Translations under genes and position numbers: made by a program
Part shown: positions 1 through 13,089 of the stretch, piece by piece
How positions within the stretch are numbered: the first letter of the stretch is position 1
How the letters are laid out: every line of letters starts with the position of its first letter
The notes under the pieces: model-generated
Databases searched by the model: none
What the model saw: the letters and a program-made list of their open reading frames with translations, nothing else
What the model was told of the DNA's origin: nothing
NCBI RefSeq assembly: GCF_000150275.1
Contig: NW_002060946.1
Location: forward strand, 2,623,454 to 2,687,453
Direction: 5' to 3'
Source: Trichoplax adhaerens
Taxonomy: Eukaryota > Animalia > Placozoa
DNA: 64,000 nucleotides

Positions 1-144
1 TACCGTACGTACACCGCATTAACGTAGATTATTATTTGAATGAATTTTAGTTTTGCTATCTATCCTAGTCAATTCCTCAGTTAAACCCTGAAAGGGTTTG
101 TCTTCATCATATAATTGTCCTAACCGTAAATTTCATGATCGTAG

Positions 145-611
145 GCCAACGATATTTATGTAAGGATGGCTATTGGTAATGCTGCATGGCCAATAGGTGT
201 TACTATGGTCGGTATTCATGCTAGGACAGGCCGTGAAAAAATTTTTGCACAGCATGTAGCACGTATCCTTTTTGGTATATTTAGATTAATATTTACAAAT
301 GTAAAATGATGTAAAGCTTGAAATGGTATAATTTGTTCTTAACGAAATTATATCAGATGTACTGAATGATGAAACACAGCGCAAATACATACAGGTAAAT
401 TCTTTATTGTTATCACCAAGAATTGTCGCCTAAAAATTTTCACTCTTATTGATTGTAACTATACTTGTGATATATAGTTTGCAACTTATTAGTATTTTAC
501 GCTAATTCTTGTTCAAATTTATAGGGCTTCAAGCGTCTAATGACTCGATGCCAAATGTACTTTCCTACGGACCCTTCAAAATCAGTAGAATACCAAGGTC
601 ACAACGAATGA
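145..611 (+). CDS. PRPF18: Pre-mRNA splicing factor 18, last three coding exons (145-262, 357-394, 525-611); 5' part lies outside the window
   Basis: Spliced translation [80 protein letters not shown] matches the conserved Prp18 C-terminus; exon phases join; TGA at 609-611. Confidence 0.96.
263..356 (+). other. U12-type (minor spliceosome) GT-AG intron in PRPF18
   Basis: 5' splice site GTATCCTTTT at 263; branch-like TTCTTAAC ending about 343, 13 nt before the AG at 355-356; no polypyrimidine tract. Confidence 0.85.
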
Positions 612-1304
612 TGATATACAACCTTTCAACTTTGCGTTGATTTTTATTCATTAACTATTGCACTGATCACCTGTAAATTCTATTACTTGTTACTTATTCT
701 TTTGATGTTCTTGTACTGTATATAGATACTTGGTTGTATCGGTTCGATAAATTCGTAGTATTATAGCTGATCAATTGGTGTACAGTATATTTTACGTATT
801 ACGTTAGTACCAACAATTGCAGTTCACATTGCTATGGAAAAAAACATGCAATAGCAATAAATTCAGTGTCTTATGACGTCAACTGCTCTATCTCGTTTGT
901 AAGCTTATCTATCATCTTGGCTTTTAAACATTGGAGGATACGGTAAATTACATTATTTTAGCCTCTATTCTAATATGACTAAGTATCCATAGTTTTACCA
1001 GCCATTCATGCATGAGTTTTGTTTTTTCCAAGGAAAGAGTATCTTGATCCAAATTATAAGTGTTATACAATTTCGAAGATTAATACACTGTACTATGTTA
1101 CACTGTAGAAGAATAAAATTACAGAAGTGCCTCAATAAAGTATAATCATGATCACGATAGAATGAATTCATATTATACACGACATATAAACTATGATGTT
1201 GTACACGTTTACTTGCTTTTGTTTGCATTCCGAGCATGCAATCATACAGTATATATTAAATGTAGTGTTGAAAAGATGCGAGGATTACGCAAAAGCATCA
1301 CGCA

Positions 1305-1319
1305 GGGGGGGGGGGGGGG
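1305..1319 (+). repeat. G15 homopolymer
   Basis: 15 consecutive G in an AT-rich background. Confidence 0.9.
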
Positions 1320-4079
1320 TTCTGTATGGACAGTATATGGACGTGTATTAAATTAATCCCTTAATTAATTAAAGTAGTTCAAGACGGATTAATGACCCCA
1401 TTGCAGACTTACTGTAAGCTGATCCCTGGTAGGTGTACTATACTGTATGTCAAAAGCAGTCCAGGCCAGCACAGTATATGCAGAAGTCAGATCATTTTTA
1501 ATGCTGACACAGTACAGCAGAAGTCCGGATTCGCCGTCTGTACTGTACAGTAATTGTCTATTCCGTGGTAAACAGTAGGCACGCCAAATTGACGTCGCCA
1601 ACGTAGTACTGTACAATACGGTATTGTACAGTACTGTATTGTAATAAAAAGATTAAAAGATCGTTATCAAACAGTTCTTCTTATCTAATAATAAAAGCAA
1701 AGTTTAGATTACACCTTTCCATGCAGCGAATGGATTGGCGCGGCTAAGCTAGTAAAATACAAATAGTACAGTATCTGCAATTTAGCTTCCTGTTCAAACG
1801 CCAGGTTACACTTTGGTTCTATTCTATTGGGCAAGTTGGAGAAAAAACTAACAGAATTGCTATTCATAATTAAATCAATCAATCAGGTACCGTAATCTGA
1901 TAAAATCGAATTAAAAGCTATTTTAATTTGGGGGGGAATCTATTATACTAGGCTGTTGTTGGCAATGTAAAATTTTTTCTTTTTTTTAATTTGTGCATGA
2001 CTTGAAGTTAACATGAAGGACAGGATAATAAATGGTTGATAATATTTGAATCGATTGCCACATTGGCGCCGATACTTTAAGTAAGATGAAGTAGTTTGTC
2101 AGTGGATTACCAGAAGATGTCGATTTGATTTGTTCTATCAGCTTGACGATCAGTAGTGTTATGGAAAATTTAAAATTGATTTTACTGCTGACGTGCTAGC
2201 ACGCTGACGAGACAACTCTAATAGTAACGAGTGCATAAGAAATAATTTTCCCTTTCCTTGAAATTGATGATTTCATTCGCTGGACTACACGGCGTAATCG
2301 GGTGCCTGCTAACTTTCTCATGCTGCATTCTCAGTTTTTAGGATCGGCGATTGGATTATAATTATTATTGTAAACGATTTGAACATTGGACAGTACCTAG
2401 ACAATCACAAAGTGTATAAAACAGTTTTGATCATAATTCATAATCAAAGCTGAATTGAAGTTTAGCTCACTCCCTGTAATTAAAATATTCATTACTTTTA
2501 GTTCCGCGCAAAGCATTGTTTTCGTATAAAATCGTCAATTGACGATTTTAAAGTCTTTAAAATTTCTCCACCAAATTTTCCTGATGACGTTTTGGCAACT
2601 TTCTGGGGTTTGGAGGGATAATCCTTGTACTTCTACTATTAGTAATGCATAGTATAGAATGAAATTATTAATCAAATCATCTTTATTCGACTACTAAACC
2701 CGAGATATTGGATTGATGTGCAAAAATTTATTTGTAGCTGGTTTAAACGATGAAGATATTTGGACAGCAGTGATTGCCATAGTGCTATAATATGACGTCT
2801 TGTATTGCTTGATAATATAATCTATAAAAGAAATGGAACTAAATTTGAGAGTCAAGAATTGAAGCTTATGTCTTAAATATGTCAGTTAATGTGCGGGTGT
2901 AAACAAACTGTTTTACACTTATCAGTACAGAGAGAAGCGCATGTTAACGTGAAGATCATTTCCTGGTAACGGCATTCTTAAACCGTAATTATAAATTAAT
3001 TGATCGATTATACAGTATTATGAATTATTATTGCGAAGTTGGCTATTGGGATTCAGAGAAGAGCTTTTTTCTTTTTATACTGTACAGTAGATCATGAATT
3101 AAGCTGTGTGTTTTTATTACGATTGCAACAAGAGGTAACCTAATACACACTTTCATTTATCCATATGCGTACAGTTTTGTTTGTTTTTCCAATTTGCCTA
3201 AAAACAATATTAGCATTGGCCCAATACTCGTTCTGAGTTTTTCGTTTTCGTTATTTACCCGGAGATGATATTGATTATAATTACGGTATATAGTGCCAAA
3301 CGTGTAGTATGCACAAGAAACGCATGTAATTAAATGTCCCTTTTGGGTTAACCTAAAAAATCGTAAAGTAGTACAGTAGATCCTATGTACAGTACTGTAC
3401 AGTATGTTTCATGATTGTCATTATGCTCCAGCCGATCTGGTACATTACAGTTTTCTCGTAGATTGCCCGAATCGTTCATCGATTGTTTATTGCCGCTTAA
3501 CTATGATTAATAATGTACTTCGTTAGCCGACTGGAACGTATCATTTAATTGTAAAAATTGATATACGAGTATTGGCAACGATGTACAGTAGTTGTATAAC
3601 TTGTGGTTTCTACGCGTATCCTTCATTATAATATGAGTATTAATAAAGCAGTTTTCTGTTACGGCATTTCAGACTACAGGATTATTGTACTGTACATTAG
3701 ACCATATACAACGATTTATATTTATGGGCGGCATTGTTATTTACTCTGGTGCCTGTAACGAAAAACATCGATATCAAGCGTGGTCTCGAGGGGTTAAGAT
3801 TGTAGTTTTGTTGTATAAACGTTTCTGTTATTTGCTCGGGCATAGAAGAGCTATCCCCGTAGTTTCTGCCTCATCAGATAGATGTTGTTATACAGCACCT
3901 GATTTGTTGCATATCAAATATATTATACTGCGTTGTAACCGTATTTAAGGCTAGAATGTATTTACATCTTAAATTATATGCAATTTTAATTTTATTTATT
4001 TGATTATTTTGAACTTTTCAATATAGTACAAAATATAATTATCCAACTTCTTAGCAAATGATGCTCTGTTATTATTGTC

Positions 4080-7000
4080 ATGTGGGTGTATTCATGCATG
4101 TGGCTTGCGTTGATATTACACACTGTGGTGGCCTATAATCGTAGCGGTGATACCCTATCTGAAGGCGATCCTTTCCATAAATTATCTAGAAAATATACTT
4201 TGTCTGTAGCTACCTACAGCATATGGAATGATAGATATCACTGGCATGTAAGAAAGCTTCGAATCGCTGAATTAGTAAGTCTTATGTTGATTCTTAAGCC
4301 TTTAATTTAAAATTATATGCGTATATGCTCCTACATTTTTTCTTTATCTCGTCGTATTGCTATCGCAATGTACTGTTCATCAACCTACAGTTATGCTATT
4401 TCTGATCACGGCACTCATTGAAAGCCTACGTCCGATGATGTACTTATTCTACGAGTATATACAGTTAATATGCATCCAACTACTAAGTATATAAATCTGT
4501 TACATCTGGAGATCATATAAATGATGTAGTGATAACACTCCTGAAAGAGCTTGAGATTGACGTGAGTACTATTACGTACATTCATTAAAACTAGACAATA
4601 ATACGTTCAATGGAGTGGAATGTTTAAGTTTGCTGCATTGCCTACTAGATCTATTGAATAGATTTAGCTCTATAAATAAAAAGTTCAAACTGTTAGTAAA
4701 AATGCAGTGCCTGCTTTTGCGTTTACATTTTTCAGTGAAATTTCCATAACTGTGAATAGTTAACTGCTTATAATGAGATATAAGCGGCTTCCTATACTAC
4801 GAATTTAATTGTAATATTTCCATTATAACTTTGCTACTTGTAAATAAATAAAGGTATATGTACGAGTAATATAGAAAATGGATGAATTTCGTATAAATTA
4901 ATATCCTCATCATGGACTACTAATTACGATTGTAATAATTTGTGTAATGTTCCATTTTGTGGGACGTAATAGTTCAACAGAAATCATTTGCCTGTCCTGT
5001 TGTAAACATTTCTATAATTTTCATTGTAGATCATAGATCTTAAATTAGACATAATAGCACTTCAAGATGTCCGCTATAGTACTAAGTTAAAGACTAGTCA
5101 AGCTCACCAGCTACAAGCAATTTTACCCCGAGTGTATAGATATGTTATATTTCAGCCTATCCGGTATATTTTTGATACGATGTCGCCAAGTATTACCTGG
5201 GATGTTGAAGGAATTGCTTTTATCAGTCGACATTATCTAATACATTCTGCTTCTACTAATTTAACATTATACGATCCGAATGGTAAGTTTACTTCTACTA
5301 ATGATTAAATAACGTTATAATGATGAATCAAACTTTGTAAATTAAGTTTCGTTTATGCGTATATCTTGATTAAGTCTAAATTTTACAAATTATCTATCAA
5401 TTTTACCATAGTGACAAAACGATAATAATAACAATATAACAATACATATCATTACGCAGTATCAAATCTGTAAGCAGTTGTGCAGAATTCACTCAGACAG
5501 TGTATAATTAAAAGTAGCAGTCGATAATTAATATGTAATTATAGTTATGCTCATAGAAATAGCGAATATTGTTAATTTATACCATTCTGATTACATTTGA
5601 TTAATATTAAGAAAACGATTTATGATATTTAAAACTACACGCACACGCGCATATAATCAAATTAAGGAAGATGCTGCGAAACTCAACTAATGATAGTCAA
5701 TTTCTTATTGTGTGTGCTATTTATTTTAAAGATTCTTCCAGCTATTCAAGTAGTGCAGTAGCAACGGTGAAAATGTACATTCTTGGTTTAGGCAATATCG
5801 ATGTTTCTGCAGTAATGCTCTCTGGTAATTCAGCTTTGCGATGCAAGGAAATTGGGGAATTATTTCATTACCTTGGTACACATGTTAGGTCTTCATACCG
5901 GATCTTAATGGGTGACTTCAATGTTAATAGACAGCAAGAGAGTATTATGAATGATATGTTAAATGGCCAGTTTAAGCAAAATTCGACGTGTTTCTTAACT
6001 TCACCGTACAGACAACAGCGATTTATGAAGTGGAAAGACGCGTGGATCGAGGCTGATCCTGGCTATGCTGGTATTACATATAGCCCTGTGGTAAGTCGCT
6101 TGTCAAAGTGTCCTTCGAGGATAAAATTAGTTTCAGATAAACAACTAGATGATCTTATCAGTATCTACTTATTTTAGTGATATGTTCTGATGAAATTGAT
6201 CACTCCTAGTATATAGTAAGTGAAATGTTAACCTTTATTATCCAGTTTTTTTATACCTACAAGTTGATTATTAATTTACGGCAATGCATAAGGTTCATAA
6301 TCAGTATACTATACGTTCGTAAACGTAAAACACATTACCATTTTACTGCATCTATGATATAAATGCATTTCAGGTACAGTCATAGCATCAGCACAGTACT
6401 CATATAATTATACGATTCCTTATGTCTTGAATTAGTTATCAATCTAAAAATGTTTTATTTTCTACAGCCTACTATAGGTTATATCGCTCGCAGGGATCGT
6501 ATCCTGTTATCGAATTCATTACGCATTAGACGAGCATTGCTGGAAGGCTATGGTGCTAGGTACAAATCACTCTTCGTTGTTCTAGTTATCTGGGAGAGAT
6601 TCAAAGCGGTCATGAGCATGGGATATTCCCATTTTCGTGACTCACGAGGAGACGATTGGTTTTACTATGGTAGTACCTGCTCTTATAAATGCGGCAATGG
6701 AAAATCTTGTCGATGTGGTGTTTGTTCAAACTCTCGCAACTCTTTCTGCTACCTAGATCAATGCACAGAATGCACCATGGTGCGATTTGTGCAACTAACT
6801 TTAATTCTCATATGCTTTTGTATTTCATCCCTGTTTAGTTGTATACTGCTACTTAGACTAAGTATTAATATTTGGTTAAACGAAAATTATAATTTAACAC
6901 CATGCTCTTGGATGACGAATGGATGGTGGGGCCGTGTACGAGCTATTCGTAGAGGGTTCACGTTATCTAAACTACATAGTACTGTCTATCGTATTATTCT

Positions 7001-7214
7001 TTGTCTCATCCGTAAACTTATTAATGTTAGAAAATTGCAGATACCGTCGTTAATCTTTCGTTTAATACTTGCTTTCTACCTTATAATTATATCTATTATT
7101 GCTGCAAGATGGGGTATTTACGATACTATTCATTTGATCAAGACAGTTGTTCCGGAAGAGCAATATCCAGCCGATCACCTATGCTTAATTGCCACAGTTG
7201 AAGCGGTTAAGTAG
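4080..7214 (+). CDS. Endonuclease/exonuclease/phosphatase (EEP) family protein with signal peptide, Cys-rich segment and two TM helices; exons 4080-4274, 5030-5282, 5732-6090, 6468-7214
   Basis: EEP motifs in order: SVATYSIWN..W..R, DIIALQDV, EGIAFISR, ILMGDFN, WKDAW...GITY, RRDRILL, YPADHLCLIATV; GT-AG junctions in frame; hydrophobic N-terminus. Confidence 0.85.
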
Positions 7215-7708
7215 CAATTATGAAAAAAAATTCAAGCTTAGTTCACGCGGATTTAGTTATTTACGATCCATCATATGCAGTTTTTTATCAAAAAATGAAA
7301 CAGCTTTATTAATCTCTGCTTCTTTCATATATATTTATTGCTATTGTTTGTGCTTAACTTGTTGCATATTTAATATACAATCAATTTTGTAACACATACA
7401 GTACATCATATATTAATTGTAAAGAGCACGACTCTTGCGCCTAACGTGATAACAAACAGAACTAAAACTATCGATTTCCTTATACGGAATTTGCTTTCTA
7501 CACGTTACTTGGTATAAAGATTTATTTAAGTATTTCACCAATAGATAATAATAGGCTGTACAACTTGGAATTTAGACATCAAAAAAAATGATTTAAGTCG
7601 AATAAAACAACGTTACTCTAAGTCGTGTGTAAAGTTTCGTTCACAGAAACAAATTTAAATAATAGTAGTGGAAGCACATTGCATCATCTCAATTTTTCTT
7701 TCCATTTC

Positions 7709-10595
7709 TTACTGCTGTGTTTCATTCTTGGACTGCCCGTTTTCTATTAATAGAAAACGGAAAACATTAATTTATCTAATTAAATTATTGAATTTGCTCG
7801 ATTACTATGTATCCTTTAATTAATTTAGAGCTGGGTTAGGGAATCAACTACAATGTAAAAAGGATATTCATTAATGCTGCTAGTACTAATGCTATCAAGT
7901 GGTGCTTCGTATAAGATAATTTTCTTACAGTCTATTAGAGAGCTTCTGTATACCTTAATAGCGAATATATATATATATACATATGTACTATACTTTGAAT
8001 AATGACGCAATTGACTTCAATTCTTACCGCTTAAACTTGCTTTCAACTGGTTAATTGCGTGTACTAAGACGTACAATTGCTTCCTTCTCAGTTCCAACTG
8101 GAATACAGAACGGAACAAAGCATGTTAACAAAGGTCACTTTGGCAATACACTTAAATATTAATTTTAATAGTATTCCTTCATTATTGCAATATAAGCCGT
8201 GATAAGGCTGTATGGCAGTCGTGAAATGCAAAATTATTAAAGAATGAAATACAAGATAGCATTAGTGACGACGATCACCAGTTTCTATACCAAAGCTTAA
8301 TTAGTGTAAATTTATGTCAATGCAAATTTACACGCTCAACACTTTGGAGTATTACAACCTGCACTAAAATCACTTGGAATTAAACACTATAACATTTTAA
8401 ATTTAATATAGATTTAAGCAATTCATTCTATACAATATAATGTATGGCTTGCTATCCACATGAAGATGTTGATGCATTAGTACTCTATAGACAATGTTAG
8501 CTCACAAGATTGCCATTTAGGAAAAGTACGAATTGTGACTATTATTAATCCTCTTAGGAGAGAAAGTAATACAGTCACTAGTACGTGCAAGAAAATCATA
8601 CCTCTTGATCTAATTCCTTCTCGACAGCGCTATGCGATTCGAGGGCAGTTAAGATTCTAATTATTATCCGAAGAAACATTGAAATGACCGTTAATATCTT
8701 TACTATTAATGTGAAATAAGGATAGAATTTAAACTACTAGAATAGATGAAATTTGAATCTTGACGTTCATTTAAAGTAATAAGTTATGTCGGTATAAGGT
8801 ATTCAGTATTAAATTTATTTAAAATATTACTTTGTAGTCTCCTCTTTATTTGGATGCTGTTGGATAGCTTTACCTAAGGCATCATACTCTGAAATACATC
8901 AACGATATCCTTCAAGTTTAGTCATTACATCAAGCAATAGGCGAAGATAATGTATTATTATTAAGTATTCACAGATATAGTAATACTTCAATTTTTGCAA
9001 TAATCTAATATGATTTCTACAGTCAGAAGGCATTTAAAGAAAGGTTATACGTTCGATTATACAGTTAATATACAGTATTTTAAAAAAATAATGTCGCCAC
9101 TTTACAGGAGAAATTGACACGGTAGAGAGAAGTTCGTACTGTAGCTATGGTGCAAAATTCAAGGTGGCGACATTATTTTTTAAAATACTTTACAGTAATA
9201 GTGTCTTTAAACAAATCAGTTACTAAGATTAACATTTTCTGGCTTAAAATTTTGATTAATTTATAGAATTGTAAGAAGAGTGATACAAACCTTGCTGATG
9301 TCTACGGGTTCTTTTTGCCTCTTGTAATTCTTCTTTCAAATTACAGATATCTTCTTGTGCTCTTTTAATTCTATCAGCTATGGAAATGATGAGACGTTAG
9401 CCGGCATATAAATAAGAATAGCACACACAAAGTAGTATCAATTAATTAACTAATACGGATCACATTTTTACAATGCTATATCTAACAAGTCTGCATCTAC
9501 GTAATTTTAAAGTGAAACTTTGGGGGGGTTTACGACTCTATCGCAATTATTGCTAAATTCGTCACTATTATAGAGTATATTAGACACTACATTATCAAAA
9601 TTACTGCATCCCTTAACTGTATTTCAAGAAAACAAGATTTTTAAAAATTAAAAAATTTATCCACTATAAATCCGTATTTATCTCTAACATGATTTATAAT
9701 ATTTTCAAGCAAAACATTTTGATTTTATTTCTTACAGAGCCAATTGCAATCTACGTAGGCATAATCTTTGCACCCAAGGGTATCTGTGGTATGACTTATG
9801 CTTATCATATACACGGTATAAAGTACGAATGTAAGGCTATGAGCTTACTCAAATCTTCATTCAAAACTTGATAATTTTCCAACTCCCTTTTATTCATTTG
9901 ATAAACTAGGTAATTCTTGGCTATTGTAGATTGGCAAGTGGCTAACATGGCCAACAAGCGTTCAAAAAATGCGCTACTGCAGAAAATAAAAATTTTCTCT
10001 TATCATCTTAGTTCGATCCTTGCACAGTAATTACTATAAAATATTGACATTAGAGGCTGTTCATTTTAATTATTTTCAATGTACAGGTTTATGTAGATGA
10101 CTTACTTGCTAGCATCGTCTTCATTAGGATTATTGCACCATTTAAGAAATGACTTCATAAATGTTACTAATCTTTTTTCATCACCACTGCCATCGCCATC
10201 AAGAAGTAATCTCTTGCGAATGATTTCGTCTAGGCAATGAACAATTTTTATAAGAAAAAGAATGCAAACAACATGATAATGTCACTATTGAGTAGACACT
10301 GGTGGCACTTTCTGCTACAATTTACATCACTATAGTCGGTATCCACTTTACTAACGGATGACTAGAATCGAGTGATCCATGCCTGTGCCATACCTGCATG
10401 TATGCACATACACTTTAAGGGCAAAATAGATGTTCACTCTGATAAAATTAAAATTTCGTCTACAATAACTTTAAAATTATAGCTTGATAATCAACACATG
10501 CAAGCTTGATTAATCCAAGTGGATCATGTAATTGAAAAGCATCATAAATTGGACATAACAGTGTTTTACTTTGGCTACAACTTACCATCAGCCAT
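7709..10595 (-). CDS. THOC7: THO complex subunit 7 (8 coding exons)
   Basis: MAD-DEIIRKRLLLDGDGSGDEKRLVTFMKSFLKWCN ... EYDALGKAIQQHPNK ... LELRRKQLYVLVHAINQL matches THOC7; 10-nt first exon 10586-10595; stop at 7709-7711. Confidence 0.95.
9074..9189. repeat. Inverted repeat (about 26-bp arms, 63-bp spacer), MITE-like, in a THOC7 intron
   Basis: AGTATTTTAAAAAAATAATGTCGCCAC (9074-9100) is the reverse complement of GTGGCGACATTATTTTTTAAAATACT (9164-9189) apart from one A-run indel. Confidence 0.8.
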
Positions 10596-10679
10596 ATTCC
10601 AAATGTTGCATTGACTGAATGTAGTACTATACTTACAGTATGCCACCGTAGTTGAACAGGATCAAACACTGCCAAAGCA

Positions 10680-10780
10680 TTGTACTGGATACTGTAGTTT
10701 ACGTACTGTGTTGTACTTGGTCTACAGTACAATACTGTTGCATTGTACAGTACAGTACTGTACTGTACACTGTACAGAGC
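10680..10780. repeat. TACAG/TACTG pentamer cluster just upstream of the THOC7 start
   Basis: e.g. TGTACAGTACAGTACTGTACTGTACACTGTACAG at about 10744-10777. Confidence 0.85.
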
Positions 10781-13089
10781 GGTATCGAGAAATCTGTTAT
10801 AAAGGTGTTACGAATTCGTAGTGCACACAGTAGAGAAATTTACAATTGATAGAGACATTGTACAAATACAAAAAAGTGATCGAACTACATGCAACACATG
10901 AATCACAATATGCACATATAGTACTATACAGTATAGTCTATACCTCAAATGATGTCACCTCCTTGCTAGGTTTGTACTGTAGCAATACTCTACAGTACAA
11001 TATTTATACTGTACCGTACACAGTGTACTGTACATTTCATGCAGGGACGGAGGGACGGCCGTAAAATCCAATTGTATTTATTTAAACGTTCCTAGTTAAG
11101 GTAGTAGCTAGAGTATGAGTGGTCCAGCTGATTTATCCATATACTGTACTACGAACTGGTAAAGAGTTACAGTAAAAAGAGTTTTACCTCACCGTCCCTG
11201 GGGATTTTATATAGTAGTCTAACTGTCCGAGAAAATTCTCTTGCAAGCCCTTGTACTAGCCGGCACATTTGAATATGATTATTATTACTAATGTTAATAT
11301 ACAGACTTACAGTGCTTAGTCGTGTTACTGTATGGTTTAAACATGAAACATTATTAGTATTTGTGAAATAAAGGGAGAAGAATTAATCGTATACTGTAGG
11401 TGTGCGTTTTACTGGACACAACAGGGTCTTATCATCATTCTAAATGCACACGTATACGTTATGGTATGGGATGCATAGTTGCACACTTTTTTGGGATCAT
11501 ATTTAGCCCGAATGCTTATACCTCTATTTTTCGGACACCACGAATTTTAATGATAATACTTTTCTAACTGCAGTTTTCTTCATAAAACGCCGGTAGAAAC
11601 GCACCGGTAGGTCTGTCATGTTTTGACTCGCGGAGTCGCGGAGCTCATTATTAGGCGTGACTCATAAGCTCACAGGAATTTCTGTGGGCCGGTGGTGGTC
11701 AGGGATTCACGATTAGTTGTATCTGAATTAAACTCACTTATGCCTGCCAGGCTCCAGCCTTGTACAGTTACCATTATTTTAAAGGATATCGCCGTTGCAG
11801 AACTATCATAATTTCCTGTAGTACAGTACTGTACTGTCATTGCCACTCGACCTTTAAAATGCCCTACGCTACAATAGAGTGTTGATTCATTTCAGAACGC
11901 TAATGAGTTTCTCTACTGGAAAATAACTTATTCATAGAATTGGAGATACGAGTACATCACGATAACAAATCATGATTATAATTTGGCAGTGATAATAATT
12001 GTAACTATAATGTAAAGTATAAAGTACAAGTAGTCAATATAAACATATTTTGGTGCTGCTAAATCATGTACCTCAAATGAATGAAAGCTGACGATGCACA
12101 GCTATCGTACATGGGTAGAGTATACTAATCGTACTTTTTCGCAAACACTTGAAGTAATTTTGCTTCATATGGTAGATCACATTGCGAAATGGAGCTAGTA
12201 CTGTATAGTCATGGAAATGAATAATAAAATTACTAAAGATATCAAAGTTATTGTCTAATATACAGTATTCAATCTTGACTCTTGATTGCTATCGGTTGCC
12301 TGATGATTTCGCAGTATACTCGTTGTAGTGAACATTTACTAGTCTATTCGTACAGTAAAGAGTAAAATAAATAAGAAACATCACCCAAAATCATCGCAAG
12401 ACAAAATCAATTCCGATTTATAAATAGCACCTTCATCACCAGTATCGAATCAAGATGGTTATATAGTATAGAAATAATAATAATAAATAAATAACTGGCA
12501 GGAGCCGTGACTCACTTCTTGGGATGTCGATGCTGTTCAGTGAAACATGGTACAGTATTGTTCACAAGTACAGTACAGTACAGTACATTGTACAACTGTT
12601 GCAGATGCCGGTACTGTACACTGTACTGTACAGTACAGTATTTTAGACATGGTCAGTGTGACGGTGCACATCAGTATGAAAGTAGTGAATCTGATTAATA
12701 ACTGGTGAAATGGGCTGTAATTTACAGCCGTATGAGTTGGTAAGACCATATGACTCATTGATTCACCTTAACCTCCGGCAAAAATAAATTCCTTTATTAT
12801 CTCACTTACAGTTAAGAGAAAGAGCGATATTAGCTGTATAAAATTGATACAACCTCTATGAAAATAGCAGGTAGTACAACCTTAGTCGTAGTATTTTAGT
12901 TCAACTTTAATAAAAGTGTGATAACTCACTCGTATGCTTTTATCATGTCTTTATTAAGAGAATTAGATGTGAATGACGGCCACTGTAACACTAATCAATC
13001 ATCAAGAAAAGACGCTTCTACAAATAAATTAATTGATCAATACAGTGCCGTACAATGACCTTTTTCACTCAAGACTGATTACGTATTAT

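Noticed and set aside
1305-1319. G15 run as a functional G-quadruplex
   Set aside because: Isolated homopolymer of uncertain assembled length with no supporting context
995-3948. Short ORFs in the track (also those at 10460-12758, 14352-16089, 18804-19372, 40969-41280, 53120-53535)
   Set aside because: Low-complexity Y/C/T/V/Q translations of TACAG repeats or AT-rich intron and UTR DNA, often with non-ATG starts and no homology
7857-7868. ATATCCTTTT on the minus strand (AT-AC U12 donor-like)
   Set aside because: It lies inside THOC7's last intron, which already has in-phase GT-AG ends
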